A stretch of DNA of 64,000 nucleotides, taken from IMG/VR virus record IMGVR_UViG_3300025018_000001; one strand, written 5' to 3'. Both the position numbers and the translations under genes were made by a program. The stretch is from a virus (taxonomy: Duplodnaviria > Caudoviricetes). Under the pieces are notes generated by a model. It was not told the DNA's origin and made no database searches. It saw only the letters and a list, made by a program, of their open reading frames with translations. This document shows, one piece after another, positions 9,983 to 19,723 of this stretch (within the stretch, counting starts at the first letter, position 1; each line of letters starts with the position of its first letter).

Positions 9983-10426
9983 ATGTCTAATAGATACGTA
10001 CCAGAAACGGGTTTTGAAGTTGACACTGACCTTGTATATAACCTCAAACAAAGTACAAATAGGAATGGTATAATTAGCTATAGAGATGGTAAACCTCAAA
10101 TGGGTAATGATATTTCAATTCGTCTATTAAAAGCACACGATTCCAAGATGTCAACGGAAGAGTTGCACGATTTCGCAAAGTACATTGCCAAATGTGCCAA
10201 TGACTACCTGTTTATTGAGTTTAACGCAAGCTTTGACAAAGCCGCCGATGAAAATTTGGTTGGGCGTACCGTTATGGCTGCTGAAGGTATGTATAGTCAG
10301 CGTGTTGGTATTATTGAGCATCAATTTCCAGCAGGAGAACTTGATACAGAAATTATTTACAATGTTCGTTTTTCTACCCAACATATGGGACAATATAAAA
10401 TTGACCAGTTTGATATTCTAGACTAA
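9983..10426 (+). CDS. Hypothetical protein
   Basis: AGGAG RBS. Confidence 0.7.
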   Translation: MSNRYVPETGFEVDTDLVYNLKQSTNRNGIISYRDGKPQMGNDISIRLLKAHDSKMSTEELHDFAKYIAKCANDYLFIEFNASFDKAADENLVGRTVMAAEGMYSQRVGIIEHQFPAGELDTEIIYNVRFSTQHMGQYKIDQFDILD

Positions 10427-10437
10427 AGGAGTCTATC

Positions 10438-10764
10438 ATGCAAGATGCATCATCAGCTGTCTTTATTCCTCAGCAAAAGATAACTACGCGTTTCTGGTTA
10501 ACAAACCCATCTACCTTTCCAAAAGTTCTTGATGATTTGAAAGAGTTCGGACCGTCTATCATACCATATAAAGGTACTGTTGACCCATATAGACATTATG
10601 ATGGAAGAATTCTTTTTGTATTCAAAGGCACCGAGCTTGAAAAATTTCATAAAGCCCTTGCTATAGCTCAGAAACACTCTGCCCTTACAGAATTGCTTGT
10701 AAGCGATGAATGGATGCAAATCAAATTACCAGTAAGAACTGTGCAAACCAAAACTGTTTGGTAA
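10438..10764 (+). CDS. Hypothetical protein
   Basis: AAGGAG RBS. Confidence 0.7.
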   Translation: MQDASSAVFIPQQKITTRFWLTNPSTFPKVLDDLKEFGPSIIPYKGTVDPYRHYDGRILFVFKGTELEKFHKALAIAQKHSALTELLVSDEWMQIKLPVRTVQTKTVW

Positions 10765-10797
10765 TTATATTATATTATATTATATAAGGAGACAGTT

Positions 10798-11199
10798 ATG
10801 ATGGGTGTAAAGGTAGGATATCAAATGTGTAAAGCATGTAGAAGAAAAGCTTATAGAAGTTATAAGGCTTGGACTGATTTTTCAGAAGCCTTGGCAACTA
10901 AAGGGGACACTTTAAAACCACCATACATAGGCTGTCCGGGACCTATAGTGGATGATTATCATGCTAAAATGGTACGTCAGGTAGAAGACTATGTAAGGGT
11001 TAATATACCAGAAGCATTTGGTGTAAAATTGTCTTACCCCGAAAAGAAATTATATGAACTTGGTGAAGATGTACCTGTATGGTGTCCATATAAAGACACT
11101 GGATGGAAGCCAGAAGATGATATGAAAATGATTTGGCTTAATGGTGAACATGTACAAGATTTTGCACAAAGAGGAAAAACATACGAGTTTACTGAGTAA
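10798..11199 (+). CDS. Hypothetical protein
   Basis: AAGGAG RBS. Confidence 0.7.
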   Translation: MMGVKVGYQMCKACRRKAYRSYKAWTDFSEALATKGDTLKPPYIGCPGPIVDDYHAKMVRQVEDYVRVNIPEAFGVKLSYPEKKLYELGEDVPVWCPYKDTGWKPEDDMKMIWLNGEHVQDFAQRGKTYEFTE

Positions 11200-11227
11200 G
11201 TTGACTAAATATCGCTGAGGTTATTCG

Positions 11228-11845
11228 ATGGAAGAATTAGAGCTACGTGTTAAAGATCTACAAGATCTTATGGCTAGTACAGATGATTTTTGTACTAAAG
11301 TATGTAAACTCTGCAAAGGTTCAGATGTACCATGTAAAGAAAGACTATTAGTTGCTTTAATAGATAAAGATGCTAAAATAGCAGGACTATCTTCATCTTA
11401 TCGCAAAGTAAAAATGGAATTGGAGGAATTAAAACGTACCAATGCAGCTAAATATGTACCTAAAAAGAAAAAGGGTCCTTATAATAAACTCAAAAAGTTC
11501 AATATAGCTGAAGTACTACCAAAAATAGGAGGGCATAAAAAATTTATAGTGACTCCTGAGGTGAGCGTCAACACATACAGTGTACGATTACGTACATTTA
11601 AACGGAGTACTATATGTGTTAGATGTGGTCTAAAAGGTACACACTTTTGGGCAGAAAGTAATCACAATATGAATAATTATCATCTAAATCTCTACGCAAC
11701 AAATGAACACGGCCATGAGGTGCTGATGACTAAAGATCATATTATACCTAAGTCTAAAGGTGGGGCGGACACATTGGCTAACATGCAGACAATGTGTACT
11801 AAATGTAACTTAAAGAAAGGCAACCAATTGGATGGCACCTGGTGA
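11228..11845 (+). CDS. HNH endonuclease domain protein
   Basis: CVRC...DHIIPKSKGGADTLANMQTMCTKCNLKKG. Confidence 0.9.
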   Translation: MEELELRVKDLQDLMASTDDFCTKVCKLCKGSDVPCKERLLVALIDKDAKIAGLSSSYRKVKMELEELKRTNAAKYVPKKKKGPYNKLKKFNIAEVLPKIGGHKKFIVTPEVSVNTYSVRLRTFKRSTICVRCGLKGTHFWAESNHNMNNYHLNLYATNEHGHEVLMTKDHIIPKSKGGADTLANMQTMCTKCNLKKGNQLDGTW

Positions 11846-12360
11846 ATAAAATAGCAAAAGCATTGGTCCAAGTCGATGAGCATGATTCCGAAATACTTAT
11901 ACGTCCATGTTTTCCAGTAAATATTAGGCTGATGAAAACAAACGTAGGGTATTTTAATGTAGTTGAACAAGCAATTAATCATATGAAAGGAGTAATTCAA
12001 ACTAAATTTTCCGACTACGCCGCTCTGCAAGGCATATCAGGCGCTAATGTGGGAATACCTTTCAATATTATCATTATATATTATGATGGTAAGCTATTGA
12101 CAATGTTAAATCCAGTGGTAATAAGTAAGTCAAAAGAAACAAAGACTGCTTTTTCAAATTGTGGGTCTATAAACTTGAAAGAGTCCATAAAAGTAACTAG
12201 ACATGCTTCAGTTACTGTACGTTATGTACCGTTTACGGATGCAAGTTGTCTGGAGTACGAGGAAAAAGTATTTAAGTCAGGCACTGTTCAACATGAAATT
12301 GAACATAATTTAGGTATTCTAATAACAACCAAAAAGGAAAACAAAAATGAATCCGTTTAG
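11842..12360 (+). CDS. def: Peptide deformylase-like protein (divergent)
   Basis: Three PDF motifs in order: GISGANVG, SNCGS (metal Cys), QHEIEH. Confidence 0.75.
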   Translation: MNKIAKALVQVDEHDSEILIRPCFPVNIRLMKTNVGYFNVVEQAINHMKGVIQTKFSDYAALQGISGANVGIPFNIIIIYYDGKLLTMLNPVVISKSKETKTAFSNCGSINLKESIKVTRHASVTVRYVPFTDASCLEYEEKVFKSGTVQHEIEHNLGILITTKKENKNESV

Positions 12361-12538
12361 AGTAGACGATCGTGTAAGAGTAGCAGGTGATGCAGAAGAC
12401 TGTTGCGCTGCAGAAGATGCTGGGCAGGTAGGTATTGTAGTTAAAGTAAAAAACCCTGAGCATATTATTGTAAAATCTCAGGCAGGTGAATGGGCGCACT
12501 GTAGTCAGTGCATTGAACATTTTGATGAACAAAAATAA
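12347..12538 (+). CDS. Small KOW/SH3-like protein
   Basis: FRVDDRVRV...GQVGIVVKV pattern. Confidence 0.5.
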   Translation: MNPFRVDDRVRVAGDAEDCCAAEDAGQVGIVVKVKNPEHIIVKSQAGEWAHCSQCIEHFDEQK

Positions 12539-12547
12539 GGTAATCTA

Positions 12548-13558
12548 ATGATTCGCTTATACTCTGGTAAATTTAATTTATTAATTGACGGGCAGTTTGG
12601 TAGCACTGGTAAAGGTTTACTCGCAAACTTTATTGGTGTATTTAACCATGTCGATATTGCCGTAAGTAATGCCAGCTCTAATGCGGGTCATACCTTTTAT
12701 GACGCTGATGGGAAGAAAATTATTGTGAAACATCTACCTGTCAGCGGCATAGTAAACAAACGCAGCTTAATTTATTTATGTGCTGGGTCTATAATTGATC
12801 TCGAAATTCTATTAAAAGAAATAGAGGAAAACAATATCGACCATGCCAGAATAGCTATACACCCACGAGCTGCAGTGATTTCCAAGAAGGACATTGAAGA
12901 AGAGAAGTTAAACAACAATGGTGTAAAGAAAATTGCATCCACAATGAGTGGGGTAGGTAGTGCATTAGTTAACAAAATAAATAGAGCCGCTAAGCTTGCT
13001 AAAGATATACCAGAACTTAGTAGATATATTTCAGAAGTTGACCTGCATTATTATATGCAACAAGGATGTACGGTACTAATGGAGGTACCTCAAGGTCTTG
13101 ACTTATCATTAAATCATGGCTTAGCTTATCCATACTGTACAAGTCGTGATATTACAATAGCAGCTGCTATGAATGACGCCGGTGTCCACCCTAAATGGTT
13201 AGGAAAGGTTGCTGTATCAATACGGACCTTTCCAATAAGGGTTGGTAATGTAGTCGAGAATGGTATTGAAGTTGGTTACTCAGGTCCATTTTATCCAGAT
13301 AGTGTTGAAACATCTTGGGAAAAATTAGGCTTACCAAAAGAATTTACCACTCGTACTAATCGTGTCAGAAGAGTTGCTACATTCTCACATATTCAGTATA
13401 AAAGAATGTTAGATTTACTATCGCCTGATTATGTATTCCTTAATTTCTGTAATTATTTAACAAGAAAAAAGATTGATGATATGTTAAAAATATTACCAGA
13501 GGTTACACATGTAGGTTTTGGTCCTACTATTAATGATATTCTACCTGTTAACAGGTAA
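12548..13558 (+). CDS. purZ: PurZ-like 2-amino-deoxyadenylosuccinate synthetase (PurA paralogue)
   Basis: DGQFGSTGKG (PurA Asp replaced by Ser19), NAGHT, QG..LSLNHG.YPYCTSRD, RTFPIRVGN, SGPFYPDS, FLNFCNY in place of TKLD. Confidence 0.8.
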   Translation: MIRLYSGKFNLLIDGQFGSTGKGLLANFIGVFNHVDIAVSNASSNAGHTFYDADGKKIIVKHLPVSGIVNKRSLIYLCAGSIIDLEILLKEIEENNIDHARIAIHPRAAVISKKDIEEEKLNNNGVKKIASTMSGVGSALVNKINRAAKLAKDIPELSRYISEVDLHYYMQQGCTVLMEVPQGLDLSLNHGLAYPYCTSRDITIAAAMNDAGVHPKWLGKVAVSIRTFPIRVGNVVENGIEVGYSGPFYPDSVETSWEKLGLPKEFTTRTNRVRRVATFSHIQYKRMLDLLSPDYVFLNFCNYLTRKKIDDMLKILPEVTHVGFGPTINDILPVNR

Positions 13559-13567
13559 GGAGGATGA

Positions 13568-13978
13568 ATGAAAAGTCTTAGAACATTTTTTGCTATGTTA
13601 TCTGTTGCTTATTTTACAATTTATTGGATGCTAATTATCTTTATACCCTACTTGTCTATTAAAAGTACCGGTAATGTAGCAATGGATATGGCGCCAGCTA
13701 CTATCTTTATCTTTATGCACCCAGCAATGGTAGGAGGTATGTTAGTTATACTTGCTATATCTATGTTAATGTTAGGTAAAAGCTGTGCAGTTGATGATGT
13801 AGCTACAGCAGAACAACGTGCTTTGGCCCGAATAGACGACAGGGCACAAGAACTTGTTACTATGGTCAAGCTCGGTAGGTCTATATTGAAAGATGATACC
13901 GATGCGATAGTTAAGAAATTTATTGACCGCATCAAGGCCGAAGAAAGTTTCCATGAATCAGGACAACTTAAGAGGTAA
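13568..13978 (+). CDS. Membrane protein
   Basis: Two N-terminal TM segments. Confidence 0.65.
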   Translation: MKSLRTFFAMLSVAYFTIYWMLIIFIPYLSIKSTGNVAMDMAPATIFIFMHPAMVGGMLVILAISMLMLGKSCAVDDVATAEQRALARIDDRAQELVTMVKLGRSILKDDTDAIVKKFIDRIKAEESFHESGQLKR

Positions 13979-13980
13979 TT

Positions 13981-14169
13981 ATGGGCGGCTGGCAAATAAC
14001 CCTAACGGTTTGGATACTTATACAAACTGTAGTAAAGATGTGGATGATACCACCACTGTATAAACAATTAGCCATACCAAACGGTGGAAGAAATGGCGCT
14101 ATGGTAGGCACTTTTCTTTGGGGTGCTACAACTATATTTATACTTTATATGGCTGGTTTTTACAGTTAA
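13981..14169 (+). CDS. Small membrane protein
   Basis: GAGG RBS, hydrophobic. Confidence 0.55.
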   Translation: MGGWQITLTVWILIQTVVKMWMIPPLYKQLAIPNGGRNGAMVGTFLWGATTIFILYMAGFYS

Positions 14170-14182
14170 TTGGAGAAATACA

Positions 14183-15331
14183 ATGTATGAACACTTGCAT
14201 AAACCATTTATTACTACTTATGGGAAGCCCTTTGTTAACTATGCTCAAATGTTAGAACAAGGGGCTGCAGAACAAATGTCTGAAGTACTGAGACATGATT
14301 GGGTTATAAAAGGCGCTCTCATGCCAGATGCTCATCAAGGGTATACATTACCGATAGGTGGTGTAATAGCATGTAAAAATATGATAAGCGCCGCTTGTGT
14401 AGGTGTTGATATAGGTTGTGGTGTATGTGCACAACTTACATCTATGGACCCAGATATACTTAAAGATAACAAATTTGCAATAAGAGATGCAATACTTAAA
14501 GCAATACCGCACGGTTTTAATCACCAACTTTCTGCGCAAAAATGGCCTGAGTATTATACACTTGACAAAACTGATTGGTTTGATGGTTTCTTCCATGCAA
14601 AAAATGGTTTTAATCAACTTGGTACCCTTGGTGGAGGTAACCACTTCATCGAAGTTGGTATTGATGAGATGAATGAAGTGTGGATTGTGATACATTCAGG
14701 TAGTAGAGGTGTAGGCAATAACACCGCAGAAAGTTACATAGCAGAAATGAAACCAGTTAATGCACCAAAAAACGGTATGTATGGTGTACCATTTGATAGC
14801 GACCTTGGCCAGGCTTATTACAAAGATATGAATGTTTTGCTAGCTTTTGCCCTTGAAAATCGTGTACAAATGATTACAAAAGTCATGGAAGTGCTTACTA
14901 CTTTTGATCCAAAAATCGGCAAGTCCGAGTTATTTATCAATCGTACGCATAATCATGCCGAAGCTAAAGGAGACATAGTAATTCACAGGAAAGGTGCTAC
15001 ACATGCTGAAAAAGGTATGTATGGTGTTGTACCTGGAAACATGTTACATGGTTCTTATATTGTAATTGGAAAAGGTAATCCAGACTCATTATGCTCTTCT
15101 TCTCATGGCGCTGGTAGAGTTCTTGGAAGAAAAGCAGCGGAACGAGAACTTGACTTAGATGAAATGCGTAAACAAATATCGGACAGTGGTGTTGCAGCTA
15201 GTGCTGAAAAAGTATCTGACCTACAAGAAGCACCAGATGCTTATAAACCCCCTGCTGATATAATGGAATTACAAAAAGATTTAGTTGATGTAGTTCACCA
15301 CATTAAACCTTGGGTAAACGTTAAAGGATAA
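14183..15331 (+). CDS. rtcB: RNA ligase RtcB
   Basis: MPDAHQG..LPIG, VGVDIGCG, LGTLGGGNHFIE, HSGSRG, HNHA, HRKGAT, PGNM, SSSHGAGR, EAPDAYK; GGAG RBS at 14172. Confidence 0.95.
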   Translation: MYEHLHKPFITTYGKPFVNYAQMLEQGAAEQMSEVLRHDWVIKGALMPDAHQGYTLPIGGVIACKNMISAACVGVDIGCGVCAQLTSMDPDILKDNKFAIRDAILKAIPHGFNHQLSAQKWPEYYTLDKTDWFDGFFHAKNGFNQLGTLGGGNHFIEVGIDEMNEVWIVIHSGSRGVGNNTAESYIAEMKPVNAPKNGMYGVPFDSDLGQAYYKDMNVLLAFALENRVQMITKVMEVLTTFDPKIGKSELFINRTHNHAEAKGDIVIHRKGATHAEKGMYGVVPGNMLHGSYIVIGKGNPDSLCSSSHGAGRVLGRKAAERELDLDEMRKQISDSGVAASAEKVSDLQEAPDAYKPPADIMELQKDLVDVVHHIKPWVNVKG

Positions 15332-15335
15332 CTCG

Positions 15336-15665
15336 ATGTCCACAATGCCTTTTAGATTGGCAAAGTTTTTTATTGATAGATTGATAATTAGAGAGATGGC
15401 TATTAATAGAATTAGCTCTGTGTCTTTCTTCAATAGAAAACCTTCGAAAGCTGTACCAGTAGAACCTGAGGAGCTTGAAGATATAGATGAAGATGAAAAT
15501 AGCGAAGAAAAAGAGGAGGTTGAAGAAGATGATTTTGATGCTGCAATGGTAGTAAATGAGTATTTAATACCACCTGAAATCATTCACGAAGTAATCTTTC
15601 ATTATGATAGTCTCTATTTTATATGGGTACAAAAAGATGACTACATAACCATATCTTGGACATAA
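15336..15665 (+). CDS. Hypothetical protein with acidic tract
   Basis: ORF track. Confidence 0.6.
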   Translation: MSTMPFRLAKFFIDRLIIREMAINRISSVSFFNRKPSKAVPVEPEELEDIDEDENSEEKEEVEEDDFDAAMVVNEYLIPPEIIHEVIFHYDSLYFIWVQKDDYITISWT

Positions 15666-15892
15666 CTATTATGTTTAATACAATAAAAACGCAGTTCATA
15701 CAGGAAGGTAAACCTTATGGGCTGCGCCTCGGTCAGTACTTCTGTGTAAAATACATTAAGCAGTCTTATCCAGAGCTGTTCTACACTCAAGATGAGGCTA
15801 AAGCTGAGAAATTAATAAGAAAATACCTAAATGATTATCAATATTTTGATACATTACCAAAGGTATTATTCGAAATACCTGTAAAGGAGTGA
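15656..15892 (+). CDS. Hypothetical phage protein
   Basis: GLRLGQYF...PELFY motif common in phage small proteins. Confidence 0.65.
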   Translation: MDITIMFNTIKTQFIQEGKPYGLRLGQYFCVKYIKQSYPELFYTQDEAKAEKLIRKYLNDYQYFDTLPKVLFEIPVKE

Positions 15893-16161
15893 GTATGGTA
15901 TTAGAATTAATTGGTAAAACTTTGGCTGGAAAAAATAAAGTAAGAAATGCAATGCTGAAGATTGCTGAAAATTCTTGGGCCATAGTAGAAACACGCGATA
16001 AGGTGCAATTCAGTCAGGAGAAAGGTCCTTGGGTAAAGATTAGACCAATAGAGGCAGATAGAGTTACAGCTGACCTTCTTTCACGTTGGGTTCACCTTAC
16101 TGACGATAAGGATTTAAAACTTGTGCAATCAAAATGCAACTTCACGGAGAATTATGACTAG
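15889..16161 (+). CDS. Hypothetical protein
   Basis: AAGGAG RBS. Confidence 0.65.
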   Translation: MSMVLELIGKTLAGKNKVRNAMLKIAENSWAIVETRDKVQFSQEKGPWVKIRPIEADRVTADLLSRWVHLTDDKDLKLVQSKCNFTENYD

Positions 16162-16579
16162 TGATCTTACCAGACAAACATTACAACATGATTCGTTCTT
16201 TGGTAGACAGCTAATATCATTCAGTGTTAGTTCTAAAATGGATGGTAAGTACCAAGCAGTAGCAGGTTATTGGTATATAGCAAAAAATAAAGACGGTATT
16301 TATGGTATGATTGGCGGAGGAAATAATGGTATTGGTGCTTTTATAGGCTGGTGTACTGGGCTTTCTTCATGGTGTTTTAACCCTATTAATTTAGATGACT
16401 ATGTATGGAGTATTATTAATAACGCCTACATAAGCAAAGATTTTACATTTTTAAGGGACATTCGTATAGTTCCTGGAGAATTCTATTACTATCAAGAAGA
16501 CAGTAATTATGAAATTATTGAATTCTACAAAACAGAACGTTGCTTTGACAAAATATCCTTGTGGACTAAAAAATCTTAA
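16154..16579 (+). CDS. Hypothetical protein
   Basis: GGAG RBS before internal Met. Confidence 0.6.
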   Translation: MTSDLTRQTLQHDSFFGRQLISFSVSSKMDGKYQAVAGYWYIAKNKDGIYGMIGGGNNGIGAFIGWCTGLSSWCFNPINLDDYVWSIINNAYISKDFTFLRDIRIVPGEFYYYQEDSNYEIIEFYKTERCFDKISLWTKKS

Positions 16580-16593
16580 ACAAAGGTGAACTT

Positions 16594-17112
16594 ATGTCTC
16601 TTTTCCAATGCCCAAAATGTGAACGTTACTTTCAACTTTCCTCTAATCATGATAAATATATTAGCGATATGTGTGCTACTGATAGATGTTTTGGCGAGGC
16701 TGTAGTTGTATGTTCATGCGGTGCCAAACATGTATCAGGCGGTGAAGATTACAACGATGGTTATCTGAAAGGAATCATGTGTTTTGGTAGAGATTTTAAA
16801 GAAGACAAAGATAAAGACTTACTTGTTTTCGACGCAGTTATGCTTGAAGAATGTGAAGAAGATGATAAGTTATCGACAGCTTCTACATGGCACGCGAAAC
16901 ATCACATGGACCATGAGGGAAGAACAATACACCTTCGTCCTGAACAGCCTAAAACAGGTATGGCAAGAGCGATTGAGATATACAAAGAGCTTTATACAAT
17001 AGGTGCTGAATTTAATAAACCTAAAACTAAAATGGTTATGGAGTGCCTTCACGAAGCTTGTAATAAAATCAGTTCTGCTAAAATGTTATTAGATAGACTG
17101 GCAAAATCTTAA
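16594..17112 (+). CDS. Zn-finger-containing protein
   Basis: CPKC...C..CSCG. Confidence 0.65.
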   Translation: MSLFQCPKCERYFQLSSNHDKYISDMCATDRCFGEAVVVCSCGAKHVSGGEDYNDGYLKGIMCFGRDFKEDKDKDLLVFDAVMLEECEEDDKLSTASTWHAKHHMDHEGRTIHLRPEQPKTGMARAIEIYKELYTIGAEFNKPKTKMVMECLHEACNKISSAKMLLDRLAKS

Positions 17113-17128
17113 TTTGGGGTGTTACACC

Positions 17129-18112
17129 ATGGTTAATAAATTTAAACGTTTCACAAGAGACCATTTTGATTGGTATATACCATTAGTAATATGGATATTA
17201 GGTGCACTATTCTTAATAGTATTAATGAGATGGTTTGAAAACAGGTCTATATTTGAAGCGCTGTACTATTGTGTAGTTACTGCAAGTACTACAGGCTTTG
17301 GCGATATAGCACCAATAACGATAATCGGTCGAATAGGTACAATGATATATATGCTTACAGCTATCACAGCTATGGGTATATTCATAAACGCACTATTGGC
17401 TAGGTCTAAATCTCTTAATAGAAAGAAGAGGCTCGGTATGGTACAGATAAAGAAAAGTCCTAAGCTTGTTATAATTGGTTACCCTTCAAAAAGTAAAGTA
17501 CTTGGTATCGTGGAGTCAGTACGAGCTTACTGGGAAGATTGTGAAATAGTGTGTATATGTGAAGCTGAGGAAAAACCTTCCTGGATGTACGACTACAACG
17601 TGCACTTCGTAAGAGGTAGAGGTTCTCAAATAGAGATACTGGAACGTGCAAACATACTGAATGCAGAAAACATACTGATACTGGCAGAAAATCCTGCTGA
17701 TTTAATATCAGATGAACAAACATTCTCTGTAGTTACTCTATGTGAGCAAATGAATCAGGCAGCACATACAGTAGCAGAAAAGGTGCACTCCGGTATGAGC
17801 TTACTAAATCACTCTTTATGTGATAAAGTAGTAGCCGTATGCAGACCAAATGAGCTGGCTTCAGAAATAATTGACGCTGGTATTATAGATTTTATTGACA
17901 GTATTGTGTCACCCTTAACAAATGAGAGGCAAAAGAACGTATCTTCCGGTAATACTACTAAGCTGTGGCAAGATCTAGTTGTAGAGTTTTTACTTGATAA
18001 TGATATAGCCTTAGGTTTCTCTGTGGATAAAGGTAAATCTTTTGTCTTTGCACCGCCAGCAAATGAAAACATTCCTGCCAATTCAATCATTAAAGTCTTA
18101 ACACGTAAATAG
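17129..18112 (+). CDS. Two-TM potassium channel with RCK/TrkA-N domain
   Basis: Pore helix and filter VVTASTTGFGDIAP; Rossmann VIIGY and RANILNAENILIL. Confidence 0.9.
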   Translation: MVNKFKRFTRDHFDWYIPLVIWILGALFLIVLMRWFENRSIFEALYYCVVTASTTGFGDIAPITIIGRIGTMIYMLTAITAMGIFINALLARSKSLNRKKRLGMVQIKKSPKLVIIGYPSKSKVLGIVESVRAYWEDCEIVCICEAEEKPSWMYDYNVHFVRGRGSQIEILERANILNAENILILAENPADLISDEQTFSVVTLCEQMNQAAHTVAEKVHSGMSLLNHSLCDKVVAVCRPNELASEIIDAGIIDFIDSIVSPLTNERQKNVSSGNTTKLWQDLVVEFLLDNDIALGFSVDKGKSFVFAPPANENIPANSIIKVLTRK

Positions 18113-18121
18113 GAGTAGAAC

Positions 18122-18526
18122 ATGTCAGAAAGTACTTTCAAAACGGGTGACCCTATTATATGTAGTGACCATCACCCAGTGGTTTCAGCTAGTACAAGGA
18201 TGATATATCTATGTACTGTTGGTGTAGGTAAACATCTGTGTGTAACTCCAACTGAGTGGGAGGAGGAAGATTTTGAAAACGTATGTGAATACCAATATAT
18301 TGACAAGCCCAGAGTCTATTATATTGTAAAACAAGCCAATGAAATAGTAAAATGGCTGGAAGAACATGGGTATAAACCAACCTCACAGGGTAGTTGGGTA
18401 CCAAAACATCCAGAGATGTTGGTATTCAGCAGAACAATGTTTGTTGAATGTGGTAAAGATTTAAGTCTTGTAAAGAAACCAAAAAGATTTATGAAAGAGT
18501 GGTTGAAAGAAGAAATTTTATGTTAA
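18122..18526 (+). CDS. Hypothetical protein
   Basis: AGGAG RBS. Confidence 0.7.
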   Translation: MSESTFKTGDPIICSDHHPVVSASTRMIYLCTVGVGKHLCVTPTEWEEEDFENVCEYQYIDKPRVYYIVKQANEIVKWLEEHGYKPTSQGSWVPKHPEMLVFSRTMFVECGKDLSLVKKPKRFMKEWLKEEILC

Positions 18527-18535
18527 AGGAGACTT

Positions 18536-18871
18536 ATGGGCGACGGCGCTGATATGGCTTTAGATAATGCTTGGGATGATTGGGAACAGCATGAAGAATG
18601 GGTCAGTAACGGACGAGATCCACAAAAGGGTTACGACCTTGGTATACTTAACGAGCTAGGTGGTGAAGAAGGAGATACACGATTGCCTGGAAGATCTTCT
18701 AAATCTAGTTATACTAAGACAGGAAAAAGAAAAGCATCCAGTTATGTTTGTAAGCATTGTGGTAAGAAAAACTTGAAATGGTCAGAAGTTGATGGTAAAT
18801 GGCGTCTTTTCGATAAGAAGAACCCTCATATATGTGAAGAATATAGAAAGGAGAACCATGGGGATATGTAA
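18536..18871 (+). CDS. Hypothetical protein with C-terminal Zn ribbon
   Basis: CKHC...H.C; AAGGAG RBS. Confidence 0.7.
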   Translation: MGDGADMALDNAWDDWEQHEEWVSNGRDPQKGYDLGILNELGGEEGDTRLPGRSSKSSYTKTGKRKASSYVCKHCGKKNLKWSEVDGKWRLFDKKNPHICEEYRKENHGDM

Positions 18872-19151
18872 ACTGGAAGTTAATAATGGTAAGAAACTGT
18901 ACGTTATATGCCACAGGGTTAGTTATAAGTTGTTTGGTGAGAATGAAAAGAGACATATGGATATGGCTACCAATCTCACTGAAGATCTCACTGAAGAACC
19001 TTTGGTAATACCAGAAGAGGTAGTAAAAACTGCAGAAGAAGCTATTGCTATCATGCATCAAGAGTACTTTGAGGAACAGATACCATATGTCAAAGTACCA
19101 TTCGTTATACATGGCTATACTCGTATATCAGATAGGGGTGAAGTATTATGA
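18858..19151 (+). CDS. Hypothetical protein
   Basis: AAGGAG RBS. Confidence 0.65.
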   Translation: MGICKLEVNNGKKLYVICHRVSYKLFGENEKRHMDMATNLTEDLTEEPLVIPEEVVKTAEEAIAIMHQEYFEEQIPYVKVPFVIHGYTRISDRGEVL

Positions 19152-19324
19152 ATATGGCCTTGATTATTATACTTGGAATACTTATAGTATTAGTATTGTT
19201 GCATACAGCAGGGGTATTAATAATGGGGTTTCTTTGGTTGTGTGTAAAATACGCTATACCTATTTTTCTTCTCTATGTTGTCTATAGGGGTGTTACTACC
19301 AGATAGGTTACAGACTTCTATTTG

Positions 19325-19351
19325 TGGGGTGTAGTGGTACTGGTGTTTTGG
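19325..19351 (+). repeat. 27-nt motif, copy 3, followed by a G/T-rich tract
   Basis: tggggtgtagtggtactggtgttttgg. Confidence 0.85.
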
Positions 19352-19723
19352 TGGTGGTGATGGGGTGGGGTGGTTGTTAAACAATTTTTTAATGGTGTAC
19401 TTTATGACTGTACAAGAAAAAGATATTCAAGCTTTCAATGATGTATTAGGGTTTTATGGACCATTATTAACAGCAGATGCTGAATATATGGCGTTGTATG
19501 GTTACTGGTTGAATGTACTTGCTGTAAGAGCAGATTAATAAAGGTGACTGTGTGCGCAAAAAAGAAAGAAAACCCTCAAAACTGGTACTAATTTTATTTA
19601 TAGCTTCGACTATACTAACCTTTTATCTAATTCATAATATTAGTGAGATGGAGACCTATTTAACAAATTTAATAAATATGCAGGAGATACTATCCAAACC
19701 TGGCGTATTACAACAGGAGGTTT

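Noticed and set aside
12548-13558. Ordinary host-type purA auxiliary gene
   Set aside because: Lacks GDEGKG and TKLD; its motifs match the PurZ branch instead
18974-18997. 12-nt tandem duplication (tctcactgaaga x2)
   Set aside because: In-frame micro-duplication inside a CDS; no wider pattern
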